Below, piece by piece: positions 21,608-34,446 of a DNA stretch of 64,000 nt (its first letter is position 1; every line of letters starts with the position of its first letter). The notes under the pieces were generated by a model. It was not told where the DNA came from. It saw nothing but the letters and a program-made list of their open reading frames with translations, and did no database searches. Source of the stretch: an uncultured Acidimicrobiia bacterium (GTDB taxonomy: Bacteria > Actinomycetota > Acidimicrobiia > Spongiisociales > ZC4RG35); NCBI GenBank assembly GCA_963840175.1, contig CAWIXU010000009.1:3372-67371 (forward strand), read 5' to 3'. Both the position numbers and the translations under genes were made by a program.

Positions 21608-22480
21608 GTGACCGCGGGAGAAACGGAACTTGCTGAGTATCTCGATCGCCTCGTCACCCAGCGTCGGCTGAGTGCGCACACGGTGGCCGCCTACCGTCGG
21701 GACCTTGCTCAATTTCTGGAGTTCTGCGTTGGGAAGGGAATTGAGCGGTTGACCGAGCTCGATCGGAACGGGATCCGCCGCTACCTCGCCTACCTGCAGC
21801 GAAAGGGTCTCAGCAAGCGTTCCGTGGCCCGCAAGTCCTCGGCGGTTCGAGGGTTTCTTGGGCGATCTCGACCAAACGTGGTCAGCTTCCCGCCAACCCC
21901 GCCAGCCAGCTCGCTCGTCCGCGGCTGCCCGAGCGTCTTCCCCGGGCTCTTCCCAGTCGCCAGCTCGGCTCGCTTCTTGACGAACTGCCCGCGAGCACGC
22001 CGATCGAGTTGCGGGATCGAGGCGATCCTCGAGGTCCTCTATGGAACCGGGCTGCGGGTGTCCGAGCTCGCCCAGCTCCGAGTCGACGACCTCGAAGGCG
22101 ACTTTGTCACGGTAATCGGCAAAGGCGACAAGTCCGGGCGGTGCCGATTGGAAAACCGGCGCGTCAGGCCGTAGTGGCCTATCTCGAACAGTGGCCGGGG
22201 ACGGCTGGCCAAAGCTCTGGCTGCGGAGGCCCTCTGGGTGGGGAGCCGGGGCGGCAGCCTCGACGCCCGCGGGATCCGGCGGGTGGTCCGCAATCGGGCG
22301 GCGACCTTTCCCCATGCCCTCCGTCACTCCTTCGCCACCCACTTGCTCGAAGGCGGAGCCGATCTCCGGTCGGTGCAGGAGCTATTGGGTCACCGCGACC
22401 TGGCGACCACCCAGATTTACACTGCCGTCTCCCGCCAACACCTGCAAAGCACCTATGACCTCAGCCATCCAAGGGCGTGA
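21608..22480 (+). CDS. xerC: site-specific tyrosine recombinase XerC (frameshifted)
   Basis: [32 protein letters not shown]...[55 protein letters not shown], and the catalytic end [37 protein letters not shown]. Position after dprA as in actinobacteria. Confidence 0.85.
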
Positions 22481-22498
22481 CGACGCCACCGACGGCCG

Positions 22499-23230
22499 TT
22501 GCCATCGCTGTGGCAGCGGGTCAAGGACGACCTCGATCGGCCAGGCGCGAGAGGCGCTCATCCTCCAGTACTCGCCGCTGGTCAAGTTCGTGGCCGGAAG
22601 GGTCGGCGCTGGGCTTCCCCGCAACGTCGATCAGGCCGACCTCGTCTCCTACGGGGTCTTCGGACTGATCGATGCCATCGACAAGTTCGAGCCCGAGCGA
22701 GGCTTCAAGTTCGAGACCTATGCGATCAACCGGATCAAGGGCTCGATCCTCGACGGACTCCGCTCGCTCGACTGGGTGCCGCGTTCGGTTCGGTCGCGGG
22801 CGCGCGAGATCGAGCGGTCGATGTCCGAGCTCGAGCACCGACTTGCAGCGGACCCCTTCCGACGACGAGCTCGCCACGCCACATGGATCAGGACGTCGAG
22901 GCCGTGCGGGGCACCCTGGCCGAGATGTCCAACCTCGGACTGGTCGCTCTCGACGAGCTCATCGGACCGGACGCCGGCTCCTCGCTCGGCGACTTCATCC
23001 CCGATCAGGCCGGGCATCGGGCCCGAAGCGGCATTCCAGGCCGAGGAGACCGCCACATCTTGGGCGACGCGATCAATCGTCTGCCCGATCGTGAACGCCT
23101 CGTGATCACGCTCTACTACTTCGAAGGTCTGACCCTGGCCGAGATCGGAGACGTCCTCGGGGTCACCGAGTCGCGGGTTTGTCAGATCCACGCCAAGAGC
23201 GTTCTCTCGTTGCGGAACCGGATGTCCTGA
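22499..23230 (+). CDS. RNA polymerase sigma factor, FliA/WhiG (sigma-28) family (frameshifted)
   Basis: [80 protein letters not shown] (region 2/3). [49 protein letters not shown] (region 4). The start may be 22477 or 22499. Confidence 0.85.
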   Translation: MPSLWQRVKDDLDRPGARGAHPPVLAAGQVRGRKGRRWASPQRRSGRPRLLRGLRTDRCHRQVRARARLQVRDLCDQPDQGLDPRRTPLARLGAAFGSVAGARDRAVDVRARAPTCSGPLPTTSSPRHMDQDVEAVRGTLAEMSNLGLVALDELIGPDAGSSLGDFIPDQAGHRARSGIPGRGDRHILGDAINRLPDRERLVITLYYFEGLTLAEIGDVLGVTESRVCQIHAKSVLSLRNRMS

Positions 23231-23399
23231 CCACTACAATCGGCCATAACGACACACGTCGGTGATTCCTCCTGGTCGGTCCTCGCGCCCCAACAGACGC
23301 GGATCTCGAATGAGGAAGCCTCGAGGGCGATATGCCTCAGGCGAGATTTCTCGGGACTCCAGCACCGGCGGAGGAAAAACCAGAAAGAAGGAGTCAATC

Positions 23400-24119
23400 G
23401 TGGCTGCAGTCACCATCAAGCAGCTGCTCGAAGCCGGAGTGCATTTCGGGCATCAGACCAGACGCTGGAATCCGAAGATGAAGCCGTACATCTACGGCGA
23501 GCGCAACGGGATCCACATCATCGATCTTCGCCAGACCCTGGCCCAGGTCGAGGCGGCGGCGGAGTATCTGAAAGAGCTCGCCTCGCAGGGCGGGACAGTT
23601 CTTTTCGTTGGGACCAAGAAGCAGGCCCAGGCCCCGATCGCCGAGGCCGCCAACTCAGCGGGCATGCCCTATGTCAATTTCCGCTGGCTCGGCGGCATGC
23701 TCACCAACTTCACCACGATCCAAAAGCGGATCTTCTACATGAAGGAGCTCGAGCGCATGGAGGCCTCGAGCGAGATCGCTGCCCTGTCCAAGCGGGAGCG
23801 GCTCTCGATCAGGCGGGAGCTCGACCAAGCTCCAGCAGACACTCGGCGGAGTCCGCGAGATGACGCAAGGCCCCCGACGCGATCTTCATCGTCGACGTGA
23901 ACACCGAGCACACGGCCGTCAAGGAAGCGACACGCCTCGGAATCACGACGCTGGCTCTGGTCGATTCAGAACTGCGATCCCGACCACATCGACTATGTGA
24001 TTGCCGGCAACGACGACGCGATTCGAGCCGCCGCGATGGTGGCCGGTGCCCTGGCCGAGGCCTGTCGGGCGGGCAAGGGTGCCGACCAGAAGGAGTCCGA
24101 CTTCGAAGTGAAGACGTCG
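23400..24119 (+). CDS. rpsB: 30S ribosomal protein S2 (frameshifted; true stop not resolved)
   Basis: [77 protein letters not shown]...[16 protein letters not shown], then [58 protein letters not shown] lies upstream of GTG 23400. Confidence 0.9.
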
Positions 24120-24749
24120 ATGCCTGAGATCACGGCGAAGCCTGAGATCACGCCAAGGACGTGCAGAAGCTGCGCCAGATCGCCGGGGTCGGGATGATGG
24201 ATGCCAAGAAGGCCCTGGTCGAGACCGATGGAGACATGGACAAGGCTGCCGACACTCTTCGGTGCGCGGTCTGGCCAAAGTGGCCAAGCGGGCCGGCGAG
24301 CGCGAGGCCACGAAGGGTCGATCGGCACCTACATCCACCACCAGGCAGAGCGCCCGGTGATCGGCGTCCTGGTCGATCTCGCCTCGGAAACCGACTTCGT
24401 TGCCAAGAACCCCGAATTCCGTCAGGTCGCCGACGACATCGCCTTGCACATTGCCTGGGGCCGTCCCCGCTGGATCCGTCGCGATGATGTCGATCCCGTC
24501 GAACTGGCGATCGGAGAAGGACTTCTTCGCCGCTCAGGCACGCGAAGAAGGCAAGCCCGAGAACATCATCCCCAAGATCGTCGAAGGGCGAATCAGGGCC
24601 TTTTTCGAGGACCACGTCCTGTACGAGCAGAAATTCGTCAATGCCGAGAAGTTCGAGGGCACCGTCGAGGCCTATGTCAACCAATTGGCGGCCAAGATGG
24701 GGGAGAACATCTCGGTTCGTCGAATGGCGCGACTGGAGATCGGAGACTG

Positions 24750-24750
<1 letters not shown>
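24120..24750 (+). CDS. tsf: elongation factor Ts (short form; frameshifted)
   Basis: MPEITAK(PEITAK)[107 protein letters not shown]...[10 protein letters not shown]-stop (24748-24750). Confidence 0.85.
24123..24157 (+). repeat. 18-bp tandem duplication at the rpsB/tsf boundary
   Basis: cctgagatcacggcgaag (24123-24140) is followed by cctgagatcacgccaag (24141-24157). The second copy lacks one g and has one third-position difference. Each copy encodes PEITAK. Confidence 0.7.
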
Positions 24751-25464
<714 letters not shown>

Positions 25465-25474
25465 AGGAGTCGAG

Positions 25475-26032
25475 ATGATCACCGAGGTCTTGGACAGAGG
25501 CGCAGGAAGAAAGATGGAGCAGGCGGCCGACCACGTCGGCTCCGAGTTCTCGACCGTGCGCACCGGGCGGGCCAATCCGCAGATTCTCCACCGCATCAGC
25601 ATCGACTACTACGGCACCACGACTCCCTGCAACAGCTGGCCTCCTTCTCGGTCCCCGAACCGCGGTCTGCTGGTCGTCCAGCCTTTCGACAAGTCGTCGA
25701 TGGCCGGCGATCGAGAAGGCCATCCGGGCTTCGGACCTCGGTCTCAATCCCGAGCAACGACGGCAACGTGATCCGTTTGGCGTTTCCGCCGCCAACCGAG
25801 GAGCGTCGCAAGGAGCTGATCAAGATGGTGCGGCACATGGCGGAGGAGGGCCGCGTGGCGGTTCGAAACGTGCGCCGCCACAGCAAGGACGACATCGAAG
25901 CGCTGAAGCACGAAGTTTCCGACGACGAGATCCGGCGCGGCGAGAAGGAGCTGCAAGAGCTCACCGACCAATTCGTCCACAAGATCGATGAGTCTCCTCA
26001 GCGGCAAGGAGAGCGAATTGGCCGAGGTGTAG
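25475..26032 (+). CDS. frr: ribosome recycling factor (frameshifted)
   Basis: MITEVLDRGAGRKMEQAADHVGSEFSTVRTGRANPQILHRISIDYYGTTTP, then IRLAFPPPTEERRKELIKMVRHMAEEGRVAVRNVRRHSKDDIEALKHEVSDDEIRRGEKELQELTDQFVHKID. Stop TAG at 26030-26032. Confidence 0.9.
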
Positions 26033-27213
26033 TGGTGGCGACAACAGACGAAGAGGGAGTCGAGAGAACCAAGAGCGGGCGGGAGTTCTCACGTCCGTGG
26101 GAGCCGCCGACATCGCGAGGAAAGCCGAGCGCAATCAACCGACGAACCCAGGCATCCACGATCGAGAGCATCGGTGATCTACTGCCAGGCGACGAGGACA
26201 TTCCGCTCTCCGAGCAGGCCTATCTCGTCGGCGACCACGGCCGAGTATCGCGACCTCGCCGAGGAGATCTGCTCGCGGCGGCCAGGAAACAACGCCGGGA
26301 CCCGTAGCGGCGACGATGGCCGGGAATCGGCACCGGACTGATCGACTTCGGCGATGTCACCGGCGAGACCGGACCGAGCGAAGAGGATCTCGAACACATC
26401 GAGCAGGCCGCCGCCAGCGACCTGACTTTGCGGATTATCTCGGCCGTCGTGCTGGTCGGAATTTTCGGTCTCACCCTCTTTCTCCGGGGCTGGTGGTTCA
26501 CGGCCTTCATCTGCGTTCCTGATGGTCATCGCCCTCGCCGAGTTCTATACGACATTGCGTCGCAGGGTTTTGTGCCGTTGCCCTATTCGGGTTGGTGGGC
26601 GTGACCGGCGTGGCAATCGCCGCCCACTTCGGGGGCCGGGGCCGATGCTGGTCACGATCGTCCTCGCTGGCCCTGGCGGTGGTCGCCTTCTTCACGATCG
26701 TGCCTCGTCGGCGACCGCTCGACAACGCCGCGCTCACCGTCTTCGGGGCGGCCTGGGTGTCGCTGCTCGGTTTTGCGGCGATCATCGGTCGCTCGGTCAA
26801 TGCGATTCCGCTTGATCCTGCTTCCTGGTGCTGGTCGTCGCCATCTTCGATATGGGCAGCTACTTCGCCGGGAGAGCGATCGGGCGCCACCCATTTGCGC
26901 CCGAGCTCTCTCCCAAAAAGACCTGGGAGGGCTTATCGGCGGCGTGGTCCTGGCCACCGCGGCCGCCTCCTTCATGTCCACCGTCGACTACTTTCCCGTC
27001 TCGCTGAGCCAGGCCCTGGTCCTCACCCTGCTCGTCGTCGTGCTTTCGCCAGTTGGCGATGCGGCCGAGTCGTTCGTCAAGCGAAGCCTCGGCGTCAAGG
27101 ACATGGGTGCGGTGATGCCCGGGTCATGGCGGGCTCGCTCGACCGACTCGACGGTCTGCTCTTCGTGGTACCGGCCGCTTATGTTTTCTTTCGCTCCGTC
27201 CGGTCTTCTCTGA
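26032..27213 (+). CDS. cdsA: phosphatidate cytidylyltransferase with long charged N-terminal extension (frameshifted)
   Basis: The extension reads VVATTDEEGVERTKSGREF...GDLLPGDEDIPLSEQAYLVGDH...EEDLEHIEQAAASDL. TM core LRIISAVVLVGIFGLTLFLRGWWFTAFI, VIALAEFYTTL. CTP-transferase signature SPVGDAAESFVKRSLGVKDMG..MPGHGGLLDRLDGLLFVVPAAYVFF. Confidence 0.75.
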
Positions 27214-27216
27214 CGA

Positions 27217-28342
27217 GTGAGACCGCTCGCGGTGCTCGGAGTGACCGGCTCGATCGGTCGCCAGACCCTCGCGGTTGCCGATCAGCTCGGAATCCCTGTC
27301 GTGGCGATCGGGGCCCGCACGGCCGAGCGAGGACCTGCTCGGCATCGCCCGCAGCATATCCCGAGGCGAGGTCGCACTGGCAACCGAGGATCACGAGAGC
27401 GCGGCGTTTGTCGAAGCCCTCGGCAGAAAGGCGCGTCGAGTTCGGTCCTGCCGCATTGATCGCGATGGCGGCCGACGAACGGCCAGGTAGTCATGAACGG
27501 CATCGTTGGGGTGGCCGGTCTGCCCGTGACGCTGGCCGCGGCCCAGTGCGGGAAACCAGGTCGCCCTCGGCCAACAAGGAGTCGATGGTCGCGGCCGGCG
27601 CGCTCGTGAACGACGCTCTCGCGCGGGCGGAGGCGACCTCGATCCCGGTCGACTCGGAGCACTCGGCCATCTTCCAGTGCCTGGTGGGGAGAAGAACCTC
27701 CGGCTCGAGATCGTGCTCACTGCTTCCGGCGGTCCGTTTCGTGGCATGAACCGCGCCCAGCTTGCAAAGCGTGACTCCTGCGCAGGCTCTGGCTCATCCG
27801 AATTGGAACATGGGCAGACGGATCACGATCGACTCGGCGACGCTCGCCAACAAGGCGCTCGAGGTCCTGGAGGCTGTTGCTCTGTTTGGCGTCGCACTCG
27901 ATCAGGTCGAGGTCGTGATCCATCCGGAGAGTGTCGTCCACTCGATGGTCGTTTTCGTCGGACGGTTCCATCAAAGCTCAGCTCGGTCCGCCCGACATGC
28001 GACTTCCGATCGCCTATGCCCTCACCTTTCCCGCCCGCGGTCGGAGATCATCCCGCCAGTACGACTTTTCGGGGGTGGCGATTCATTTCGAAGAGCCCGA
28101 CCTCGAGAGCTTTCCCGGCCCTGGAGCTTGGGCTATGCAGCCGGGCGGGCCGGGGGAACGGCTCCCGCGGTGTTCAACGCGGCCGACGAGGTCGCCGTGG
28201 CAGCTTTCTCGGACGGCCGACCTCGGCTTTCTGGAAATTGCCGCGGTGATCGAGCGAGACCCTGGAGGGTCCGAGACAGCGAAGCGTCGAGTCGCTCGAC
28301 GACGTGCTGGCCGCTGACGCCGAGGCCGGCAGTGGCCCTTAG
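27217..28342 (+). CDS. dxr: 1-deoxy-D-xylulose 5-phosphate reductoisomerase (frameshifted)
   Basis: [147 protein letters not shown]. Stop TAG at 28340-28342. Confidence 0.9.
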
Positions 28343-28380
28343 CTGCATTCACAAGCGACCTCCGGTAGCCTGAAATCACT

Positions 28381-29493
28381 TTGGCTGGTGCTGTCGGCGG
28401 GGTTCTCGCCATCGTCTTCTTCGTAACCGCCCACGAGTTCGGCCATTTCCTCGCCGCCAAGCTGGTCGGAGTCAAGGCCACCGAGTTCTTCTTTGGCTTC
28501 GGTCCGCGAATTTGGTCGTTCAAGCGGGGCGAGACCGAATACGGGATCAAGGCGATTCCCCTCGGGGGATACGTCCGGGTCGTCGGTATGAATCCATTGG
28601 AGGAAGTGCCCGAATCGGACCTCGGTCGCACTTATCGCGAGCAGCCGTTTCTGGAAGAAGACGGTGGTGGTCCTGGCCGGCGTCGGCATGAACTTCCTGA
28701 TCGCCTATCTCATGTTCGTCGGACTTCTGATGATCAATGGAGTCGGAGAGGTCACCACGACCCTGGTCGAGGTCATCCCGACGCTCGACGACGGAACCGA
28801 GAGCCCCGCCGCAGCCGCGGGACTGGAGGCGGGGGACAAGTTGGTGGCGATCAACGGGACGCCTACCCCTGATTGGACCGCGGTCGGCGAGGAGCTGTCG
28901 ACTCGCCCCGGTGAAGAGATCGTCCTGACTGTCGAGCGGGACGGCGAGCTGATCGAACTAACTCCGACTCTGGCCAGCTGGAAGACGCCGAGACGGGCGG
29001 GGAGCGAGGGTTCCTCGGCGTGGCGCCGTCGCTAATGGTGCGGAAGCTTGGACTGTGGGAAGCCTCGGATCAGCGGGCCGCCAGCTCGGGGGAATCGGTG
29101 GCTGTGACCTTCGAGGTTCTCGGTCGAATCGTTCAGCCGGGAACCTTGGGGCGGCTGGCGGGAGTGCTGGTCGGTAACACCGACGTGCCGCCCGAGATCC
29201 GGCCGGTGAGCCCAATCGGCGTTGGCAATATCGGGAGCCAGGTCGACGAAATCGGTTGGGCGTCGTTCCTGTTTCTGCTCGCCTCGGTCAACGTCATGCT
29301 CGGCACGCTCAACGTGCTGCCCTTGTACCCCCTTGATGGCGGCCATTTCGCGGTTGCCCTTTACGAAAAGATCACCCGCCGGCCGGTGAATGTCAGGGTG
29401 CTCATTCCGGTCGCGGCGATCGTCATCACGCTGGTCGGCTTTCTCGGATTGATCGCGATCATCCTCGACATCGTCAATCCCATCGATATCTAG
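28381..29493 (+). CDS. rseP: RIP (site-2) zinc metalloprotease, M50 family, with PDZ domain (frameshifted)
   Basis: VFFVTAHEFGHFLAAKLVGVKATEFFFGFGPRIWSFKRGETEYGIKAIPLGGYVRVVGM (HExxH). PDZ-like SPAAAAGLEAGDKLVAINGTPTPDWTAVGEEL. C-terminal SVNVMLGTLNVLPLYPLDGGH. Confidence 0.85.
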
Positions 29494-29550
29494 GTCGATT
29501 GATCCTCGTGCAAACGGCATTTGTCCATACCTTCCTAACCTGGCGTCCCC

Positions 29551-30762
29551 ATGATTGAACGCCGTCCGTCACGTCAGCTGCACGTCGGCGACGTTGCGGT
29601 TGGCGGGGGAGCTCCGATCTCGGTGCAGTCGATGTGCACCACGAAGACCGCCGACGTGGACGGCACGCTTGCCCAGGTCTATGCCCTCAAGGGGGCGGGG
29701 GCCGACATCGTCCGCATTACCTGCAATGACGTCGAGGCGGCCGAGGGCCTGGCAGAGATGATGCCCCGGATGCCGCTGCCGATCATCGCCGACATCCACT
29801 ATCAGTACCGGCTGGCGCTGGCCGCGATGGAGGCGGGCGTGCAGGGTCTCCGGCTCAACCCCGGCAACATCAAGAACGAAGAGCAGATCAAGACCGTGGC
29901 CCGGGAAGCCGGGGATCGCAAGCTGCCCATCAGGGTTGGCGTCAACGCCGGATCGCTCGACCGCGACCTGCTCCAGAAGTACGGCGGCCCGGTGCCCGAG
30001 GCGCTCGTCGAATCGGCGCAGAAGGAGATCCGCTATCTCGAGGAGGTCGATTTCTTCGACATCAAGATTTCGGTCAAGCACTCCAACGTGCCCACCATGG
30101 TCGAGTGCTACCGGTTGCTGGCGGAGGCGGTTTCGTATCCGCTTCATCTCGGGGTGACCGAGGCGGGACCACTGCCGGGCGGCTTGATCAAGTCGGTGGC
30201 GGGGATCTCGACTCTCCTGCTGGAAGGAATCGGCGACACCATTCGATTCTCGCTCACCGCCGATCCGGTCGAGGAAGCAAAAGCCGGTCGACAGCTCCTC
30301 GAGTATCTCGGTCTCCGCGAGCGCAAGGGCCTCGATCTCATCGCCTGTCCTTCGTGTGGGCGTGCCGAGGTCGATGTGATCAAGGTGGCCAACGAAGCCC
30401 AGAAAGCGCTCGAAGCAGAAGGGTTGGCGATCCAGGTCGCGGTGATGGGTTGTGTGGTCAACGGACCCGGTGAAGCCAGAGAGGCCGACCTCGGTATCGC
30501 CGCCGGCCGAGGTCGGGGTCATCTCTTCGTCAAGGGCCAAGTCGTGCGAGTCGTTCCCGAAGCGCAGATGGTCGAGGCCCTGGTGGAGGAGGCGCGGCGT
30601 CTCGTCGAGGAAGGCGTCGAAGCCAGGCTGGCTGCGGCCGACAAGGATGCCGCAGCGATCGCCGAGGCGATGCGAGACGAGTTGTTGCAGATCCAGGGAG
30701 ATGTCAATCGGGTCGAGATCAAGCGGCGGGCCGTGGCCGAAACAGCCCGGGGCGAGGAATAA
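29551..30762 (+). CDS. ispG: 4-hydroxy-3-methylbut-2-en-1-yl diphosphate synthase
   Basis: Intact 403-aa ORF: [68 protein letters not shown], and the Fe-S cluster part [12 protein letters not shown]...[22 protein letters not shown]. Confidence 0.95.
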   Translation: MIERRPSRQLHVGDVAVGGGAPISVQSMCTTKTADVDGTLAQVYALKGAGADIVRITCNDVEAAEGLAEMMPRMPLPIIADIHYQYRLALAAMEAGVQGLRLNPGNIKNEEQIKTVAREAGDRKLPIRVGVNAGSLDRDLLQKYGGPVPEALVESAQKEIRYLEEVDFFDIKISVKHSNVPTMVECYRLLAEAVSYPLHLGVTEAGPLPGGLIKSVAGISTLLLEGIGDTIRFSLTADPVEEAKAGRQLLEYLGLRERKGLDLIACPSCGRAEVDVIKVANEAQKALEAEGLAIQVAVMGCVVNGPGEAREADLGIAAGRGRGHLFVKGQVVRVVPEAQMVEALVEEARRLVEEGVEARLAAADKDAAAIAEAMRDELLQIQGDVNRVEIKRRAVAETARGEE

Positions 30763-30765
30763 TCG

Positions 30766-32473
30766 ATGCGCTGGTCCCAGGCCTTCATTCCCACTCTCGC
30801 GCGACGATCCCGCCGAAGCCGAAGCGGTCTCCCATCGTCTGCTGGTGAGGGGCGGTTTTGTTCGCCAGCTGAGCGCCGGCCACTACTCGATGCTGCCCTT
30901 GGGGCAGACGGGTACGGGCCAAGATCGACGCGATCATCCGCTCGGAGATGGACGCCATCGGTGGCCAGCAGTTTCACCTGCCGGCGCTTCATCCCGGCGA
31001 GATCTGGAAACAGTCGGGCCGTTGGGAGGTCATGGGGGAGGAGCTCTTTCGACTCGTCGACCGCAAGGGAGTCGACAACGCCCTCGGGATGACGCATGAG
31101 GAGGTCTTTGCGATGCTCGCCTCCGAGACTTGCGTTCCTATCGCCAGCTCCCGCAGATCTGGTACCAGATCCAGACCAAGTTCCGCGACGAGCCCCGGCC
31201 GAAGTCGGGCGTCCTCCGGGTGCGCGAGTTCACGATGAAGGATTCCTACTCGCTCGACCTCGACTACGACGGTCTCGACCTATGCCTTCGATCTTCACCA
31301 CGGTGCCTACCGGCGCATCTTCGGACGGATGGGACTCGACGCCGTCGACGTCGAGGCATCGTCGGGCGCGATGGGTGGGACGAGGTCGGTCGAGTTCATG
31401 ATCGCCAGCCCGGCCGGCGAGGACTGGATCGTCACCTGCACCAAGCTGCGACTACCGCTCCAATCTCGAGCGGGCGGTGTCCGCCTTGCCGGCGATCGAC
31501 GACCCCGCGGAGTCGACTCTGGAACGGTTGGCGACTCCGGGCATCAGGACCATCGCCGCCCTGGCGAAAGGCTTTCCCGATGTCGCGGCCCCTGACCGCC
31601 AGATCAAGACGCTGGTCTACATGCTGGGAGACGAGCTCACCCTGGTGTTGGTGCGGGGCGACCACGAGCTGCTCGAACAAAAGCTCATCGACGCCACCGG
31701 CGTGGCCAACATCCGTCCGGCCGAGCCCGAGGAGATCAAGGCAGCCCTAGGGGCGATGCCCGGAAGCCTGGGGGCGGTGGGTGTAAGCGATCTTTCCGTC
31801 ATCGCCGATTCCGAGCTCGAGGACCGCAAAGGAATGGTGACCGGAGCGAACCAAGACGACTGGCATTACACGGGGGTTGACGTTTCCCGCGATGTCAAGG
31901 TCGGGCGCTGGGCAAGCCTCGCGCACCGTTCGAGCTGGTGAGGCGTGCGTGCGCTGCGGCTCGCCGCTCGAGATCTGGAAAGGGATCGAGGTCGGGCACA
32001 TCTTCAAACTCGGCACCAAGTACTCCGAAGTGATGGAAGCGCTGGTCCAAGACGAAGCCGGAGTCTCGCATCCGATCGTGATGGGCTCCTACGGGATCGG
32101 GCTCGAGCGAGGGATGGCGGCCGTGGTCGAGGCCAACCACGACGAGAAGGGCATCATCTGGCCGCAGGCAGTTGCCCCTTACGTTGTGGTGGTAACTGTC
32201 TTACGGATCGACGATCCCGACACCATGGCTGCCGGTGAGGCCCTCTATGAGGAGCTGCGCAACCTCGGCATCGATGTGCTCCTCGACGACCGTCCCGAAC
32301 GGCCGGGGGTGAAATTCGCCGACGCCGAGCTGATCGGTATTCCGTTCCGAGTCACCGTTGGCCCCAAAGGTGTCGCGGCCGAAACCATCGAGCTAACCAG
32401 CCGGCGCGACCTGCAAACCGAGGAAGTCGAACGCTCCGATATTGTCGAGCGACTTCGCGAGCTAATCGACTAG
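30766..32473 (+). CDS. proS: proline--tRNA ligase (frameshifted)
   Basis: [76 protein letters not shown], the editing-domain stretch, and [50 protein letters not shown]...PYVVVVTVL...[29 protein letters not shown]. Confidence 0.9.
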
Positions 32474-33245
32474 CCGCCCGGGGTCGTTGTAGACCACCAG
32501 GCTCTCGTCGCGAACGAAACCACAGAGAGTCATGCCCAAGTCGGTGGCGAGGTCGACCGCGAGGGAGGTTGCTGCCGACACTCCGAGCACGACCGGGATG
32601 CCAGCCACCGCCGCTTTCTGGGTGATCTCGAAGGAGATTCGCCCAGAGACCATGAGGATCACCTCGCCCAGTGGCCAGCGCTGGGTCGCCAGGAGACCGA
32701 TCGCCTTGTCGACTGCGTTGTGCCGTCCCACGTCCTCGGCGGTAGCCAGCAGGTCACCATTCGCGTCGAAGATTGCGGCTCCATGCAGCCCGCCGGTGGC
32801 GTCGAACACGGTTTGTGCCTCTCGTAGTTTGCCCGGCAATTGGCCGACCAAACTTCGCGTGATCGAGGGGCCGGCAGGCAGAACGCGTGCGGTGATGCGG
32901 ACTGCGTCGATCGAGGCTTTGCCACAAACCCCACAGCTCGAGGTCGTATAGGTGTTGCGGCGAAATTGTTCGGGGTCGATGGCGACCCCTTCGGCGGGAA
33001 TCAAGAGATAGCGGTCACCATCGCCGAGGTCCTCAACCCGGTCGATCTCGTCAGGGCCGAAGACGATCCCCTCGGTGAGCGCGAAGCCGACGACGAGTTC
33101 GGGCTCTAATCCAGGAGTTCGCATCAACACTGCCAGCGGGACTGTTCCGAGCCGGATCTCCATGGGCTCTTCGACGGCGAGTACGTCTGTAGTCTGTGAC
33201 GCCGCCGGGCCATCTCACGACGGAGCGCTCGGCCTCAGACTTCAT
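32462..33245 (-). CDS. fdhD: formate dehydrogenase accessory sulfurtransferase FdhD (one early frame change)
   Basis: EPMEIRLG...MRTPGLEPELVVGFALTEGIV, TSSCGVCGKASIDAV, ATGGLHGAAIFD, EDVGRHNAVDKAIG, ILMVSGRISFEITQKAAVAGIPVVLGVSAATSLAVDLA...GMTLCGFVRD. The N-terminus MKSEAERSVVRW is in an adjacent frame (ATG is the complement of 33243-33245). Confidence 0.85.
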
Positions 33246-33277
33246 AGCAACATGTATACCGCCTACCGTTGCTCGGC

Positions 33278-34367
33278 ATGCGAGCCCACAACTTCGGCGC
33301 CGGCCCTTGCACGCTGCCGCTGTCGTGTCCTCGAGGAGGTCAAGGCCGAGTTCGTCGACTTCGCCGGAACTGGCATGTCGCTCATCGAGCTGTCGCATCG
33401 CAGCGCCGGAGTACGAAGCGGTCCACAACGAGCGCATTGACTCTTGCCCGCGAGGTCGCGGAAGCCCCTGAGGACTTCGAGGTGCTCTTCGTCCAGGGCG
33501 GCGCCACGCTCCAGTTCGCGATGGTCGCGATGAATCTTCTCCACCCGGAGGAAGAAGCCGGCTACGTCGTTTCTGGCTCGTGGGGAGCGAGAGCTCTCGA
33601 GGACGCCGACTCCGCATGGTCGGGTGTATTCCGCTTGGGACGGCAAAGAGTCGAAATACACGACGATGCCGCAGCCGGATGAGATCGCGCTCAAGCCGAA
33701 TAGTCGGTATCTCCACGTCACCTCGAACGAGACGATCGGCGGCATCCGCATGATCGACTTTCCTGACCTGGGCCTTCCCCTGGTGGGAGATATGTCGAGC
33801 GACTATCTGTCCCGCCCGATCGATTGGCGACTCTTTCGATCTCGTCTACGGCGGAGTCCAAAAGAACCTGGCCCCGGCGGGTATGGCGGTGGTCTATGCG
33901 CGCAGATCGGCGCTTGAGAATGCTCGCACCGACAGGGCTCGTTCCTGCGCTACGCCTGGCACGCCGAAACCAAGTCGCTCGGTCACACCCCACCCATGTT
34001 TCCGATCTATCTCATGGGCAAGGTGTTGCGGATGATGAAAGCTGGGGGAGGCGTCGAGCAGCTCGAGCGCCAATCTGCCGCCAAAGCTGCAGCGTTATAC
34101 AACGTGATCGATGTTTCCGACGGTTTCTATACGAACCCCGTCGAGCCAACCGTACGTTCCCATATGAACGTCGTATTTCGACTTCCGGATGAGAACCTGG
34201 AAGCGCAATTCGTGAAAGAGGCCACCGCCCTGGACATGATTGGTCTCAAGGGGCATCGGAGCGTCGGTGGCTGCCGGGCGAGCCTCTACGCCGCCCTTCC
34301 GTTCGAGTCGGTGGAGATGCTGGCGGAGTTCATGGTCGACTTCGCCGATCGGAACCGAAGCCGGTAG
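33278..34367 (+). CDS. serC: phosphoserine aminotransferase (frameshifted)
   Basis: MRAHNFGAGPCTLP, FDFAGTGMSLIELSHRS, FEVLFVQGGATLQFAMVAMNLL, LHVTSNETIGG, DLVYGGVQKNLAPAGMAVV, TPPMFPIYLMGKVLRMM, MNVVFRL, GLKGHRSVGGCRASLYAALP. Confidence 0.85.
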
Positions 34368-34417
34368 ATGGCACCGGCGGTTATAATTCCGCCGCCAAGT
34401 TAAGGACGCTGTCAGGA

Positions 34418-34446
34418 AGGTGGGCGCCCTGCCCACCTTTTTCTTG
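34418..34446 (+). terminator. rho-independent terminator after serC
   Basis: aggtgggc (34418-34425), loop gccct, gcccacct (34431-34438). This is a perfect 8-bp GC-rich stem followed by tttttctt. Confidence 0.6.

Noticed and set aside
21608-22480. The tyrosine recombinase as a phage or ICE integrase marking a mobile element
   Set aside because: It sits in the conserved comM-dprA-xerC context, has the XerC-type N- and C-terminal motifs, and has no attachment-site repeats, tRNA or phage genes nearby.
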